64,000 nucleotides of DNA, taken from NCBI RefSeq assembly GCF_964355755.1, contig NC_092670.1, positions 4,082,201-4,146,200 on the forward strand. The letters run 5' to 3'. Position 1 is the stretch's first letter; every line of letters begins with the position of its first letter. Origin of the DNA: Antedon mediterranea. Its lineage: Eukaryota > Animalia > Echinodermata. A program made the translations under genes and the position numbers. This document shows positions 63,351-64,000 of the stretch, piece by piece. The notes beneath the pieces are model-generated. The model worked only from the letters and a program-made list of their open reading frames with translations, was not told the origin of the DNA and ran no database searches.

Positions 63351-64000
63351 TATATATATATATTTTATTCCATTCTGTAAGTGGCAGGTTTGCCGCTGTT
63401 GAATGAGATTGTAAATAAATAAATAAATATGCGATTGCTACTAATATTTTACTAGAGTAATTGACATACTTTGTTTAGTGGTATGGTTTTAGACATTCGG
63501 GTACTGTTCAAGATTATTATTTGATAGATCTGAAGTTAATTAATGTAATCAACTACAAACACATCTTAAAACTTAATAGTAAGAAGATATTCTTAAAACA
63601 TAAACTTTGTTTTTTGTTCAACTGACAACTCGTCGCAGCCAAATCTGAGAAGTACACCAAAAAACTTAAGCTTCATTTGTCTTTGAAATATTTTACACCA
63701 GAAGAATAAGATTTTATCCATTTTCACAAAGTCAATCTAAATATCAACACCAGGGTTATTAAAGCCTGTTGTAATAATATGTTAATAACAATCTCCAGGT
63801 TACGCCAGTTTGCGGTGTTAGTAAAAAAGTGATTCAAGTCAAATTTCCAGTGTTGAGCCAATAAAGAAAAGGGTACAACAAGATATCAACAAACATTGGT
63901 ACACTTAATAAAGGTAATTTATGCCTACCAAAACATACCAACTGTGGTGTTTATTTTATTGTCAAGCCTTTGGTTAGAGCTGCACTTTTACAAATCAGGA

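Noticed and set aside
57756-64000. Further Pfk exons or a nested gene (ORFs at 58991, 59659, 59844, 62691, 62927)
   Set aside because: No PFK-like peptide found; the ORFs are low-complexity or inside repeats and lack coherent splice partners.

Overview
AT-rich, intron-rich animal genomic DNA, probably an invertebrate (inference). I reconstructed three spliced genes by hand from GT-AG junctions and reading-frame phase. (1) A complete Hey bHLH-Orange gene (+, 5 exons, 311 aa, ending [10 protein letters not shown]), with Su(H)/CSL-type sites upstream. (2) A large SOGA/MTCL-family coiled-coil gene (-, 19 core exons, about 2645 aa, ending in the PDZ-binding motif ETEV), convergent with Hey and carrying candidate alternative exons. 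(3) The first 16 exons (586 codons) of ATP-dependent 6-phosphofructokinase (+), head-to-head with the SOGA/MTCL gene and running off the right edge. Non-coding DNA is full of small non-autonomous elements: two Harbinger-like MITE families, a Kolobok-like MITE, a 1.1-kb TIR element with a 5-bp TSD, a Helentron-type HINE and tRNA-derived SINEs. The most unusual signals are a minimal type-I hammerhead ribozyme inside a 374-bp (TA)n-flanked element in a PFK intron, 19-35-bp CANRG micro-palindromes with 7-bp TSDs resembling P-element excision footprints, a 382-bp palindrome built from two inverted MITEs, a 15-nt microexon, and a possible membrane-tail alternative last exon.
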